63,390 bases of DNA, filler included, from Octopus bimaculoides (GCF_001194135.2; 5 parts of 4 records of this genome joined end to end with filler, not necessarily neighbours in it), one strand, 5' to 3'. Positions 23,750 through 38,170 are shown, counted from the whole stretch's first letter. Program-made: numbers and translations. Notes: a model not told the origin generated them from the sequence alone.

Positions 23750-25610
23750 CTTCAAATAAAACAGGACACCTTACATGCTAGAAGAAACAGTCAAAGTCCA
23801 GACCAGGGTTAAGAGCAATTTCGAAGGGGAATTGCTCTTAAGCGTGGTTTGGAAGTAAAAATACCCTGTTGTTGATGTTGAAATTCCAATGAATGAACCT
23901 TGGATCTAGGTTTGAAACCGGTTCTTTTTCTATTGGCAAGAAATCTTGAACTAAACTGAATGACATCCATCCATCTATCCATACATACATACATACATAC
24001 ATGCATACATACATATCTATGTATGTATTCATATACGTGTGTGTGTAAGTTTGTGAGTGTATGTGTGTGCGAGCGTATAATTATCGTAGTGTTTTTTTAT
24101 GTTATGAGTGTTGTTTATTAAAAAAAAAAATGAAATATAATATGATATTCATAACGTACATTAAATCAAATTGCTTCAACCTGGACGAAAAACGGAGTTG
24201 CTGTTCAAAAATGGATTTGCTCTTTTCTTTTTAAGTATAACTTTATCTTGTTGTTTCACTTTCTTTTCTTCTCTTCCCAAACGTCTGTGTTTTGTTTCTT
24301 CTTTCTTTCACTTCATCCTCTCGACGAATGCCATTTTTTTTTCTTTTTCGTGTTATGTCGTCTTCAAAAAGAAACTTGAACTGTATCCGTGCTTGTCTCT
24401 TATTATTCGTTTCTGCTTCTTCTTTTATGTACGTATGTAGCATCCTATATTGCCTTATATAGTCACTATTCATATGTCTGTGTGCCTATATATCTACAAG
24501 TTTGATCACATACTCTATGAACATGGAGGGACATATCTCATTCCTTTGTAGCCGCCATGTTTTACTTTGATAATCTAGTCACGACATTAAATATTCATCG
24601 AATCATCGGAAATTAGATATTTTTTGTATCCATCCGTTAATATACAATTGTTTATATATCCGAAGCGGTTGGTAAGGTGATGTGGTACTTGGATTTACGT
24701 TTTTGCATGCATGTGCGTCTGTGTGTCTTTGTGTGTGCGCATGTATGTATGTAATGTATGTATGTATGTATGTATGTATGTATATATATGCATATATATA
24801 TATATATATATATAATTTTATATATTACTGATAAGGAAGTAGGCAGAATTTGGGATAATTATTTATCTAGCGCTTTCATCTCGTTTCAGAAATTCATCAG
24901 GAATGATATATATATATATATATATATATATCATCATAAATATACAGGGATTAGCAATTGAGTTGCTTCTCCAACATACTGAAAATTCAGAAATAGCAGT
25001 CAAAGAACTACTGATTCCAAACTACAAATTTTTCTCTAAAGCGGATGGCGATATTTATGGCACACATAGAACAAAAACCGGAGGGAAAAGCGTAAACAAA
25101 CCAAGCCTTTAGTTAATTGGATACGAATCGTTTCATGGTTAAGTGAATGGAAATTTCACTATTCCAATCTTCAGCCCAAATATTCTGATAAATTTGAAAG
25201 TNNNNNNNNNNNNNNNNNNNNNNNNNNNNNNNNNNNNNNNNNNNNNNNNNNNNNNNNNNNNNNNNNNNNNNNNNNNNNNNNNNNNNNNNNNNNNNNNNNN
25301 NNNNNNNNNNNNNNNNNNNNNNNNNNNNNNNNNNNNNNNNNNNNNNNNNNNNNNNNNNNNNNNNNNNNNNNNNNNNNNNNNNNNNNNNNNNNNNNNNNNN
25401 NNNNNNNNNNNNNNNNNNNNNNNNNNNNNNNNNNNNNNNNNNNNNNNNNNNNNNNNNNNNNNNNNNNNNNNNNNNNNNNNNNNNNNNNNNNNNNNNNNNN
25501 NNNNNNNNNNNNNNNNNNNNNNNNNNNNNNNNNNNNNNNNNNNNNNNNNNNNNNNNNNNNNNNNNNNNNNNNNNNNNNNNNNNNNNNNNNNNNNNNNNNN
25601 NNNNNNNNNN

Positions 25611-25670
<60 letters not shown>

Positions 25671-27179
25671 ATAGATAGATAGGCCACACACTTATTGAAC
25701 ACCTTTTTACTGTTTATCATAATTGTTTCATACTAGTTTTGACATCAAAGAGCAATATTAAAATTTATCAATGGAGAAATGCACCTCTGATTCGTAAAAA
25801 AAACTCAAACGTTTATATGTACAATTGATTTTAAAAAAAACATACTTTTAGAGTACAAAATATACTCTTTGTCATATAACAGAAATGAATAAAAATAAAT
25901 GTTCAAAGCTTCTTGTTTCTTGTAGATTTCGTAGTTAATGTAAAAGGAAACTTCTTAAGAGGAGAATATCTTGTTTAGTTTAAGATCTTCGGTTAGATAA
26001 GAAAGAGAAAATGTGAAAAACGAGTGAAAGGAATTAAAGATAAAAAAAAGTGGAGCTGGGTATTGTGTCGCTGTGCTTACGATCTTCAGTTAGATTAAAA
26101 AGAAGGAATGTGAAAAACGAAACGAAAGGAATTGAAATTTGTTTAAAACATTTTATGTTTAATAAAAAAATAAAAAATAAGACGATTGGAAAGATGTGTT
26201 GCAGTAATTAGCTGCATCTCTGTAGATGCTGAGTTCAAATCCCTTCCGTAAAATTATCAGCGTTCCAGACCAAGAGTTTGGTTAGAAATGGCATATATTA
26301 ATAAGTGATATAAGGGCGGTTGATTGTCAGAAATGGTAAAATGAAGAGGTTATGTGTTTTACATCATTCCATTCGGTATTTTTTTATCATTATTCTGAGA
26401 TCAGATTTCATCGCAGATATCGATATTGCTTTTTATCGATCTTAGATCGATAAAATATAAACCAAATTGAAGTTGGCTGAATACAATGTGTTCTTTCACT
26501 GAAAATTGTCTTTGTGCTTATATAAGATATCCTAAATAACTGAATCAAGTGAGGAGCATCTATGTACTTAATATCGACATACTAGAAATAGCAACAAAAG
26601 CTCTCACAAATTACACCCTACTATCTTAAGCATGTAAATAACACTTGGATGAAGTAATCTGGATATAGCTCCAAACGATCGAGGTGGTCATGGATAGAAT
26701 AACTTTGATCACAGATGTTCTTGCTCGGTGTTAGCATCAGTTCATTTCAGATAAAGTCTCAGTGGTTCCAACGAGTATAATAAAAAAAAATTAGGTAGAA
26801 TGAAAAGGAAATGAAGAAAAGGGAAAGAGATGTAGAAGACGAAATTTTAAATTTTCGTTTTATTTTAAACTTCAGTTTTTTTTCTTAATTTCCTAATCTT
26901 ATTGATTATTAAATTTTTGACCTCATAATTTACTTCAATATTATGCTACTTAATCACCTTTTATTAGTTATACATTTTATTGGTTACTTGTACAACTTAA
27001 AGTTTATACTTTTATAAAAACGTTTCTTAATTTTTTAAAACAAAAATTGCAAATGTTTCTTCCTTAATCTGTTACTATCTCACATGGACTGCCTTCTTTT
27101 ATTTTAATCCTTCCATTACTAAATACTCATTCCTTGCCGCAACGTGGTTATTACTATCAAGTAATTCCATCCCACTCTA

Positions 27180-27565
27180 AACATATCCGGAAGTAATTCT
27201 TCCCACCCTCTGAACTTACCCGGAAGTAATTCCTCCCCTCTGAACTGACCCGAAAATAATTCTCCCCTTTGAACTGACCCGGAAGTAATTCTTCCTCTTC
27301 CTCCCCCTCTGAACTTACCGGGAAGTAATTCCTCCCCTCTGAACTTATCCGGAAGTAATTCCTCCCCCTCCTCAAAACTTTCCAGGACTCCTCCCTTTCT
27401 CCCTCCTTGGAACTTTCCAGGAAATCCTCCCCTCCTCTGAACTTTCCAGGAATTTCTCCCCACCTCCCCTGTCCTCGGAACTTTCCAGGAACTTCCCTCC
27501 TCCCCTTCCTCCTCATCGGAACTTTCTAGGAAGCCCTTTCTCGGAGTTTTCTAGGAAGTCCTACC
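27180..27565. repeat. Degenerate ~30-bp minisatellite
   Basis: Units ctgaact(t/g)acccggaagtaattcctcccct grade into ggaactttccagga...cctcccct. Confidence 0.85.
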
Positions 27566-27864
27566 TCCCCTTCCTCCCTTCACTGTATATATACTCCCCA
27601 TCAATATATATCATTATATATATATATAATCTATATATATATATATATATATATNNNNNNNNNNNNNNNNNNNNNNNNNNNNNNNNNNNNNNNNNNNNNN
27701 NNNNNNNNNNNNNNNNNNNNNNNNNNNNNNNNNNNNNNNNNNNNNNNNNNNNNNNNNNNNNNNNNNNNNNNNNNNNNNNNNNNNNNNNNNNNNNNNNNNN
27801 NNNNNNNNNNNNNNNNNNNNNNNNNNNNNNNNNNNNNNNNNNNNNNNNNNNNNNNNNNNNNNNN

Positions 27865-27916
<52 letters not shown>

Positions 27917-28362
27917 AACACATACACACAAACAGTATATATTTATATATAAGTGTGTGTGTAAACATATACAAACACACACACCTCTATGTATATACAT
28001 GTATTTTTACATACAAACATACATGCATACACATATTTTCATTCATGTATCCATGCAAATACGAATGAGTGTGTACACTTACTTCACCAATATTTATCAT
28101 GACTATAACATTGAGAGGGATTCACCCCGAGGTAAACACAATTGATTGCCAAATAATGAATGCATTTGATAAAGCAGTTCTCTATTTTAAACTTATGCGT
28201 GATATAAATAGTGACTGGTTGGTTGTTACAAGATAAATGATATTTTCAAATATATTTTCTCTGAAGATTAGTTAGAAAATTTATTAAACATTAACATTAT
28301 TTTCAATTTAAGATTTCTCTAAAGACATATATATATATATGCGGTAAAAATCGTATGCATGC

Positions 28363-28407
<45 letters not shown>

Positions 28408-28659
28408 CGTGTGTTTGTCTGTATGTATGTATGTATGTATAGATATCGACATACAATATCTGTTCACTTCAAATTCTCTATACATATATATATATATATA
28501 TATATCCATACATACATACATACATATATGTACATATCCATATATGCACTCTTGAACATATATTCACTCTCACATTTGCATATAGACTACAGAAATACTC
28601 CTCTATATCTCTCATTTCTCTATTTATATGAACAAAATGAGTATTTATATTTATATACA

Positions 28660-28691
<32 letters not shown>

Positions 28692-29028
28692 TGTGTGTGT
28701 GTGTGCGTAACAATATAATTTTTGATTGCAACTTTTTATGTTTACACTTCTAGAAATAAGCATACAAAGGAGCATATATATATTGGTGTGCTTACAAAAA
28801 AATGGCGATTAGAAATAGAGAAATGTTTCTTTACAATATCCGATTTCTTCTATGAAATGAACTTACACATACGCACACTCACACGTTCACAAGAACAAAT
28901 TCCTGTACACACACACACACACACATATGCATAATGTCCATGGAAACTTTTGCAATCATAAATTTAAATACACAGATTAAACTCGACCAAAATATCATGT
29001 ATATTTATGCGTGTATTATGCGTGCATA

Positions 29029-29078
<50 letters not shown>

Positions 29079-29502
29079 TGTGTNNNNNNNNNNNNNNNNN
29101 NNNNNNNNNNNNNNNNNNNNNNNNNNNNNNNNNNNNNNNNNNNNNNNNNNNNNNNNNNNNNNNNNNNNNNNNNNNNNNNNNNNNNNNNNNNNNNNNNNNN
29201 NNNNNNNNNNNNNNNNNNNNNNNNNNNNNNNNNNNNNNNNNNNNNNNNNNNNNNNNNNNNNNNNNNNNNNNNNNNNNNNNNNNNNNNNNNNNNNNNNNNN
29301 NNNNNNNNNNNNNNNNNNNNNNNNNNNNNNNNNNNNNNNNNNNNNNNNNNNNNNNNNNNNNNNNNNNNNNNNNNNNNNNNNNNNNNNNNNNNNNNNNNNN
29401 NNNNNNNNNNNNNNNNNNNNNNNNNNNNNNNNNNNNNNNNNNNNNNNNNNNNNNNNNNNNNNNNNNNNNNNNNNNNNNNNNNNNNNNNNNNNNNNNNNNN
29501 NN

Positions 29503-29533
<31 letters not shown>

Positions 29534-29820
29534 ACATATATAAAAAATGGGGAAGGCCGGTTTATGGAATTACCTTAGATTTCCAGTCCGTAAAGGGTTT
29601 AGCTTTATGGCGTATTGTCAGATCCCAAAAGCACTTGTCAGTGCTAACGCACGAAACTCTAGTTCTTTGAGTAATTCTTTTGCTTCTGCAAAATATTAAT
29701 ATCCATATACTCATATTTTTAGTTCTTTTTTTTCCGTTTGCATTACCATACCTATACACACACATTTATACTTACGTGAATACAATGCATATGTATACAT
29801 TTAAATATGTATACATAAAT

Positions 29821-29918
<98 letters not shown>

Positions 29919-30649
29919 CCGTTCCCCAGTGTATTTTTATAATCGTTTCATGATGTATTCACACAGTCCTAGAGAATATATAAATAGGCAGTAATATTTG
30001 TAGAAAATATTTTTCAAGACATCATACATGTGACAATTAATCTAATCTCTTTATCTAATTCGTTGTTCCGCCTATAAATTTTTCAACTTCATCCATTAAT
30101 ATTCGTCAACTCCACCTATTTACAAACCATTTTTGTAATTTCGGTATGGAATGGATTCTTTTATGCCATTATTTCTTCACTCATTTTTCCTTTGATGGTG
30201 AAAATCAAGTCTGTGTCCCTATTTTGCAGTTTTAATACTGTCTAAATATATAATTGTTTCATTTCATTTTTATTATCTAATTAGGAGTTAGAGTACAGTC
30301 GATACGAATTATCATATTACCAAATGGTACTTATTTTACGGACTCTATAATGACGAAATTCTGTATACAAATACATATTGTTGTGTGGTTAGGATGCTGA
30401 CTTTGAAACTACGCGGTTTGGGGTTCAGTCCTGTAGTGGTCTACGTAGCTAAATAGTTGAATGATCTCCCTTGCAAGAAAGATTATGGAGTAACCTCCCT
30501 TTACTAAGTTTCTCGAAGAATCTGTGTCAGGAGACGTGATTCTAAATTATTCAAGAAGTTAGCGTTTCTCTTAGACGTTTCTAGAATGTCTAGCACTCCA
30601 TTAATAATAACAGCTTACTAACCCTGCTCTTCGCTTCTTAATCAATTAG

Positions 30650-30835
30650 ACTTAGAGTCATACACATCATTGTTAATTATCTAATGCACATATTATTATA
30701 GGAATTGTTTCTGTTTTTAGGTTCTATATTTGGGTTATCTCTATTTCCAGATCTTTGTATTTTGAGAGTATCTCTGTTTCTTTAAGGAAAACATTGTCAT
30801 CTGTTGTGATTGATACGTCGATAAGAAAGCATTTG

Positions 30836-30836
<1 letters not shown>
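30650..30836 (-). mobile_element. R4/Dong-clade LINE fragment
   Basis: KCFLIDVSITTDDNVFLKETEILSKYKDLEIEITQI*NLKTETIPIII; abuts (TAT)n. Confidence 0.8.
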
Positions 30837-30905
<69 letters not shown>

Positions 30906-31255
30906 CCTATGCGGTTAAATTTCAGATAAAGTCAGATTTCAAAGAATTTGAACTCGGATGATAAAGAGTTAAAACCAAACCATTTAGTTCCAGCACTATA
31001 CTATTACTGCCAACCAATATCACTCTTCTTCGAAGGATTATTGATTTCTGACTCTGAAAGCGAAATTTTCTAGGGTAGAAATGTATTCAAATAAATCAAT
31101 TATTGGAATTTATTGATCTCGGAGCTATATAATCTAAAGTCGATGCCAACAGAATATGAAATCGGAAACATGGGATGAGGAACTAAACGCAAGACTATTA
31201 ATCAATTTATATGTGTATGTGTTAATGTTGCCATAGATAGATAGATAGATAGATG

Positions 31256-31311
<56 letters not shown>

Positions 31312-32390
31312 TATATNNNNNNNNNNNNNNNNNNNNNNNNNNNNNNNNNNNNNNNNNNNNNNNNNNNNNNNNNNNNNNNNNNNNNNNNNNNNNNNNNNNN
31401 NNNNNNNNNNNNNNNNNNNNNNNNNNNNNNNNNNNNNNNNNNNNNNNNNNNNNNNNNNNNNNNNNNNNNNNNNNNNNNNNNNNNNNNNNNNNNNNNNNNN
31501 NNNNNNNNNNNNNNNNNNNNNNNNNNNNNNNNNNNNNNNNNNNNNNNNNNNNNNNNNNNNNNNNNNNNNNNNNNNNNNNNNNNNNNNNNNNNNNNNNNNN
31601 NNNNNNNNNNNNNNNNNNNNNNNNNNNNNNNNNNNNNNNNNNNNNNNNNNNNNNNNNNNNNNNNNNNNNNNNNNNNNNNNNNNNNNNNNNNNNNNNNNNN
31701 NNNNNNNNNNNNNNNNNNNNNNNNNNNNNNNNNNNNNNNNNNNNNNNNNNNNNNNNNNNNNNNNNNNNNNNNNNNNNNNNNNNNNNNNNNNNNNNNNNNN
31801 NNNNNNNNNNNNNNNNNNNNNNNNNNNNNNNNNNNNNNNNNNNNNNNNNNNNNNNNNNNNNNNNNNNNNNNNNNNNNNNNNNNNNNNNNNNNNNNNNNNN
31901 NNNNNNNNNNNNNNNNNNNNNNNNNNNNNNNNNNNNNNNNNNNNNNNNNNNNNNNNNNNNNNNNNNNNNNNNNNNNNNNNCATACATACATACATACATA
32001 CATACATACATACATACATACATACATACATACATACATACATACATACATAGACAGAGATATGATAATCATATCATGGAATATCTTCAGGTGAATTCCA
32101 TCGGGCATGAAAATAGCAATTTGTATGAAACAGACTGTCGCATGAATAAATTGCATATGAATAAACGATTGATGATTATCTTCGGGAGTTAAACTGCATG
32201 GATTGATTATTAGGCCACTAGTTTATTATGTGCGCGATTGTTTGTGTGCATGTGTGTATGTGTGTATGTATGTATTCTTTCTGTCTGTCTGTCTCTCTCT
32301 CTGTATGTATGTATGTATGTATGTATATATGTACACACACGACATTAGTATTTGTTATATAAATATGTAAGCATGTATATATACCTATGA

Positions 32391-32422
<32 letters not shown>

Positions 32423-32728
32423 GTATATAAATATATATATATANNNNNNNNNNNNNNNNNNNNNNNNNNNNNNNNNNNNNNNNNNNNTTAATTAATTAAN
32501 NNNNNNNNNNNNNNNNNNNNNNNNNNNNNNNNNNNNNNNNNNNTATATATATATATATTGTTGTATTTGGGGACGGTCATATTGTCAGATTAGCCAATAA
32601 AAACACACGCACTGTATATTTGGTGTTAATTTGCTTCAGCTTTATGTATGTATGTATGTATGTATGTATGTATGTATGTATACATATGGCAGCAGCCTCA
32701 AGTCTGAAACGTATAAAACAATAGAAGA

Positions 32729-32768
<40 letters not shown>

Positions 32769-33184
32769 ATAAATAGATAGATAGGTATATTAATGAATGA
32801 CAAGGGACGTGGGGTCACATAATCGACTTCAATAGCTAATAGCTGTTTCAGTTATAAGATGCATTGTACTCAGAGTTGAGTGTTTGTGCAACATCCCATA
32901 GCTTCCTCGGAACGACAGAGATACGCACTCACATACAAATATGTAACTGTGTGTGTATTTATATACACACACACAGACATATATATATGGAAGGGTGCAC
33001 TCACACAATCGCATTGTGACCATTGCTTAGACACCTAGCTCTCGTTCATCTCATTTTGTGACCAATAGCACATACAAGTACGTACTAAACGTCTAACATA
33101 GTGGGGAGAGAGCCAGAAATTGAGAGAGAGGGAGAGAGTGAATGTGTGAGATATATATATATATAGATATATATATATATATAT

Positions 33185-33256
<72 letters not shown>

Positions 33257-33512
33257 TGAGAGAGAGGCGGGGAGAAAGTGAGAAATTGAGAAACAACTAA
33301 ATCTGGTCTGATGCTGCTCTCGACAATTGAAGTCAGCCAAAAGTATTCAAAAAAATCGACGATCGCTATACCTATCGGCTGTCCTAAGTGTAGGTGGTTT
33401 CGGTCCCACTCGACATCTCATCGGTATTCCAACCAAATGAGAACCGTTTGAAATCATGCGTTTCGCTCATCAAGAACGATCTCTCTCATCTCTCTCACAT
33501 TCAGTCATCCCG

Positions 33513-33566
<54 letters not shown>

Positions 33567-33622
33567 CACAAACACACACACACAAACACACACGTACAAA
33601 CACACACACACACGTGTATATA

Positions 33623-34695
33623 CAGGGTGGGCACAAAGTCACGCAGCATNNNNNNNNNNNNNNNNNNNNNNNNNNNNNNNNNNNNNNNNNNNNNNNNNNN
33701 NNNNNNNNNNNNNNNNNNNNNNNNNNNNNNNNNNNNNNNNNNNNNNNNNNNNNNNNNNNNNNNNNNNNNNNNNNNNNNNNNNNNNNNNNNNNNNNNNNNN
33801 NNNNNNNNNNNNNNNNNNNNNNNNNNNNNNNNNNNNNNNNNNNNNNNNNNNNNNNNNNNNNNNNNNNNNNNNNNNNNNNNNNNNNNNNNNNNNNNNNNNN
33901 NNNNNNNNNNNNNNNNNNNNNNNNNNNNNNNNNNNNNNNNNNNNNNNNNNNNNNNNNNNNNNNNNNNNNNNNNNNNNNNNNNNNNNNNNNNNNNNNNNNN
34001 NNNNNNNNNNNNNNNNNNNNNNNNNNNNNNNNNNNNNNNNNNNNNNNNTATATATATATGCATATATACAACAGGCTTCTTTCAGTTTCCGTCTACCAAA
34101 TCCACTCACAAGACTTTGGTCGGCTCGAGGCTATAGTAGAAGACACTTGCCTAAGGTGCCACGCAGTGGGACTGAACCCGGAACCATGTGGTTCGTATGC
34201 AAGCTACTTACCACACAGCCACTCCTACGCCTAATCCATCACAAATACTCAAAGTGTTGGCCATGTAGCTCTAAACACATGTTCATATGGAATTTTTAAT
34301 TGCAATGAACCCTCTCAAATAGCTCTTCATTGCCTTTGACTTGTTCACATGTCCTTGGTCACGAATCTTTTCAGAATACACAAGGAATTTAATCTAGCCC
34401 CAGAAGAAAAAGTCCATGGGAGTTAAATCTGGTGACCGTGGTACCCATTCAATTGGCCTGCGACGCCCGAGCCATCTCCCTGGAAAATGTTCATTCAGAA
34501 AATCACGAACCTGTAATGCATAATGGGGCGGATCCCCATCCTACTGAAACCAGACAGGATTTCCCCTTCTAAGTGAATGCACGTGAGGCATTCTCATTGC
34601 CAAGCATGTCCAAATACGAACCACCTGTCACAGAACCCTCAAAATAAAATGGTCCAATTACTTGATTGTGTCAAATCCCACACCACACCATTACC
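33623..34695 (-). mobile_element. Tc1/mariner-superfamily transposon remnant interrupted by a SINE and a gap
   Basis: Minus strand VWCGI...IGPFYFEGSVTG...YLDML and RWLGRRRPIEWVPRSPDLTPMDFFFWG*IKFLVY. TA|CAGGGTG terminus at 33621-33629. Confidence 0.8.
34068..34229 (-). mobile_element. SINE family A, 5' half, nested in the Tc1/mariner remnant
   Basis: Close match to the family head (tgccacgcagtgggactgaacccggaaccatgtgg). Confidence 0.9.
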
Positions 34696-34940
34696 TTGGC
34701 CCCCGCCTTGTTGATTATCTCCCACCATCCAACGAGGATTGGTTTGTGAGTAACATTGGCAGTTGTGAAAAGATAAAAAAGAGAATGTTAGCAATTTCAC
34801 ATATTGTAGGATGCTGCGTGATTTCATGTCACCCCGTATATATATATATGATAAATAAATTTATTTCTCAAACGCGTGATACTGGTATAAATAGCGTGAT
34901 CAGGATAAATTATCCATATATTGCAGAAAAATACGTTACC

Positions 34941-35013
34941 GGCCAGCCATGAGACTCGAACTCACATCTCTGTGATTACGCATCAAGTGTTTTACCCTTA
35001 AACTAAACTGCCC
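34941..35013 (-). pseudogene. tRNA-like element (tRNA pseudogene or SINE head; CGT in the anticodon position, Thr-like)
   Basis: Minus strand GGGCAGTTTAGTTTAAGGGTAAAACACTTGATGCGTAATCACAGAGATGTGAGTTCGAGTCTCATGGCTGGCC has A-box-like TAGTTTAAGGGTA and B-box GAGTTCGAGTC. Stems imperfect. Confidence 0.55.
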
Positions 35014-35221
35014 AGCAACGAATTCTTCTGCAATTTTAGAACTTATAAATTTAGCTTCATAAGACGCTAACGTTAAATTCAACTTTACGATGAAAGTAAA
35101 CAAAGTTTAAAAAATTTTATTTTTTATTTTTGAAGCGTTGAGATGTATTGTAAGATACAGAAATAAATTTATTTCTCAAACGCGTGATAATGGTATAAAT
35201 AGCGTGATCAGGATAAATTAT

Positions 35222-35276
<55 letters not shown>

Positions 35277-35617
35277 CAAGAAATGAGGGCAGGGAATCGT
35301 CAATTAATAATAGAATTAACAATTAACAATTTTGCCAAGTAGTTCAGTATGAAATAAACCTTTATCGGTAAGACCATTTATCATCATAAATATAAGGGAT
35401 TAGCAATTGAGTTGCTTCTCCAACATACTGAAAATTCAGAAACAGCAGTCAAAGAACTACTGATTCTAAACTACAAATTTTCCACTCCATGTGCGCCACA
35501 AATAGTCCCGTATGAAAAAAAGTTCCGTGTGGAAGGATTACGGTTTAACTATCTAACTTAGAGATATCAAATATAAAATATACAAGAAATGAGGGCAGGG
35601 AATCCCTTATATTTATG

Positions 35618-35649
<32 letters not shown>

Positions 35650-36166
35650 GACGAGCTCCCATACAGTTTNNNNNNNNNNNNNNNNNNNNNNNNNNNNNNN
35701 NNNNNNNNNNNNNNNNNNNNNNNNNNNNNNNNNNNNNNNNNNNNNNNNNNNNNNNNNNNNNNNNNNNNNNNNNNNNNNNNNNNNNNNNNNNNNNNNNNNN
35801 NNNNNNNNNNNNNNNNNNNNNNNNNNNNNNNNNNNNNNNNNNNNNNNNNNNNNNNNNNNNNNNNNNNNNNNNNNNNNNNNNNNNNNNNNNNNNNNNNNNN
35901 NNNNNNNNNNNTATCGGTAAGACCATTTATCATCATAAATATAAGGGATTAGCAATTGAGTTGCTTCTCCAACATACTGAAAATTCAGAAACAGCAGTCA
36001 AAGAACTACTGATTCTAAACTACAAATTTTCCACTCCATGTGCGCCACAAATAGTCCCGTATGAAAAAAAGTTCCGTGTGGAAGGATTACGGTTTAACTA
36101 TCTAACTTAGAGATATCAAATATAAAATATACAAGAAATGAGGGCAGGGAATCCCTTATATTTATG

Positions 36167-36198
<32 letters not shown>

Positions 36199-36199
36199 G

Positions 36200-36330
36200 A
36201 CGAGCTCCCATACAGTTTCCAAATTCACTCGCAAAGCATTGGTCGGCCCAGTGCTGTAGAAGACACTTGCCCAAGGTGACGCACAGTGAGATTGAACAGG
36301 AACCCAAGTTGCAGCAAAGCAAGTTTCTGA
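36200..36330 (-). mobile_element. SINE family A, diverged
   Basis: caaattcactcgcaaagcattggtcggccc...gacacttgcccaaggtg. Confidence 0.7.
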
Positions 36331-37149
36331 AACACAGATTTCTAATGTTGGGTTCAACTTTTCCCATGAACCAAAAGCTGACAACAACAAACTTATCTCA
36401 GTGAACTTTCGCCGAAATCCAATTTGAAAGCAAACGAACCAAATAAATAAATACATAAATAAATAGCCTCTACGTAGTTGCTCAGACTGCGTAAGAGCAG
36501 CCAAATCTCCCTCAAATTAGGTATGGCTACTTAAAAATAGTGAGACATTGCATTACTTAGTCATAGATACATAATACGGATCTTTTTGGATTCTTTCTAA
36601 GGATAAGAATTTTGTCGAATTTTCTACAGAATTCTTTTCAATTTTTTTAATATATTGATGTAGTTTTTTTTTTCTAGAAGTTACATAATTTTAACGAGTT
36701 GTAATTTCTAGAAAGAAAAAAGAAAGTGATTTTCGTCATCATCAATGCAGTTTTGATTGATGATGAAAATTCGAAAATCATCCAGGTGGTTGGAAAGAAT
36801 TTTAAAAGATCCCACAATGCCTACAAAACAAAAACGGGATCGACATGGCAAGAACACTTCTGATGGAGCTGGGAAAAGCTTCTCGGGACTAAACTGAAGT
36901 TACACAACAACAAAAACAATAATATTAACGACTCAAAAGTGAAATTTCCGATGACGTTCCAACATTGTAATGGCATACAGGATATGTGTCCTTGTCCACA
37001 ACAACGTAAACTGTAAACCGTTAGCAGATGCAAGAAAATGTAATGATATTTTGACATCAATAATTAATGAATAATTGGTTGCTCTTCAGCTGTTATTCAA
37101 GTTATGTCTTGTGATTATTCACATACGCGCACGCGCACATAAATACACG

Positions 37150-37180
<31 letters not shown>

Positions 37181-37257
37181 GTACATGTACGTACATACAA
37201 GCACATATAACACACACATACACATATGTGTATAAAACGTTGTTTTTTTTTGTTAAT

Positions 37258-37615
37258 CTTTTACTTGTTTCAGTCATTGGACTGCAGCCATACAAATCGA
37301 CCTCAGTACTTATTTTAAACCCTGATATTATTCGATCGGTATCTTTTGCCAAAACCACTCAGTTACGAGGACGTAAACAAACCAACATCGGTTGCCAAGC
37401 GGTGGTGAAGGAAGAACACATACACACGTACGCACACACACAGACGCACATACATTCACACGCATACACGCACGCACATATTCGACGGGCTTCCTTCAGT
37501 TTCCGTCCATCAAATCCACTCACAAGGCATTAGTCGGCCCAGGACTCTAGTAGAAGTAACTTGTCTACGTTGACGTGCATATGGTTGGGAAGCAAGCTTC
37601 TCAACTGCACAACCT
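37258..37615 (-). mobile_element. SINE family A
   Basis: Both halves are recognisable around an internal CA tract. Confidence 0.85.
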
Positions 37616-38170
37616 ATAAAAGAATTGAGGTCTCATATGCACGCGCATGCGGACAAACACACATGTAACTATATACATACACACACACAGAAAAAGTAAT
37701 AATAGAATAGAAACTAACAACAGAGAACAACAACAGAAACATAGCAAAGAAGTAGGACACGGAAAAACACAAACTAGAAAGGGACACAGAGGTCCCTTTC
37801 TAGCTGTTGTATGAAGATCCCTACACTTTCGGCACTTTAGTAACAATATTGTTAACTCCGCTATCCAAGTATTAAATAAGTTTATAGAGGGAAGCTACCA
37901 AGGTATGGTGCATTAATGAAACGATGAACAATATCAGGATGTTAAAGGATAACGATAATTAGGACAACGGAAAATTATATAGGACAAATAATTAAGACTA
38001 GAGATTTAAAGTAAAAGAAAGGGAAAATGTTTATTTTTATCGGCTGAGAGAAAATGAACACGATGTGTTGTAGTGTCAAAGGATATCAAACAGACAGTAA
38101 AAGTGTGTGCATGTGTGCCTGACTGTATAAATATACATACATACATACATACATACACTATATATATATA

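Noticed and set aside
35363-36218. 307-bp identical direct repeat on both sides of a gap (35363-35669 and 35912-36218)
   Set aside because: The first copy ends at the gap and the second starts at it, the classic signature of unmerged overlapping contig ends. Likely an assembly artefact.
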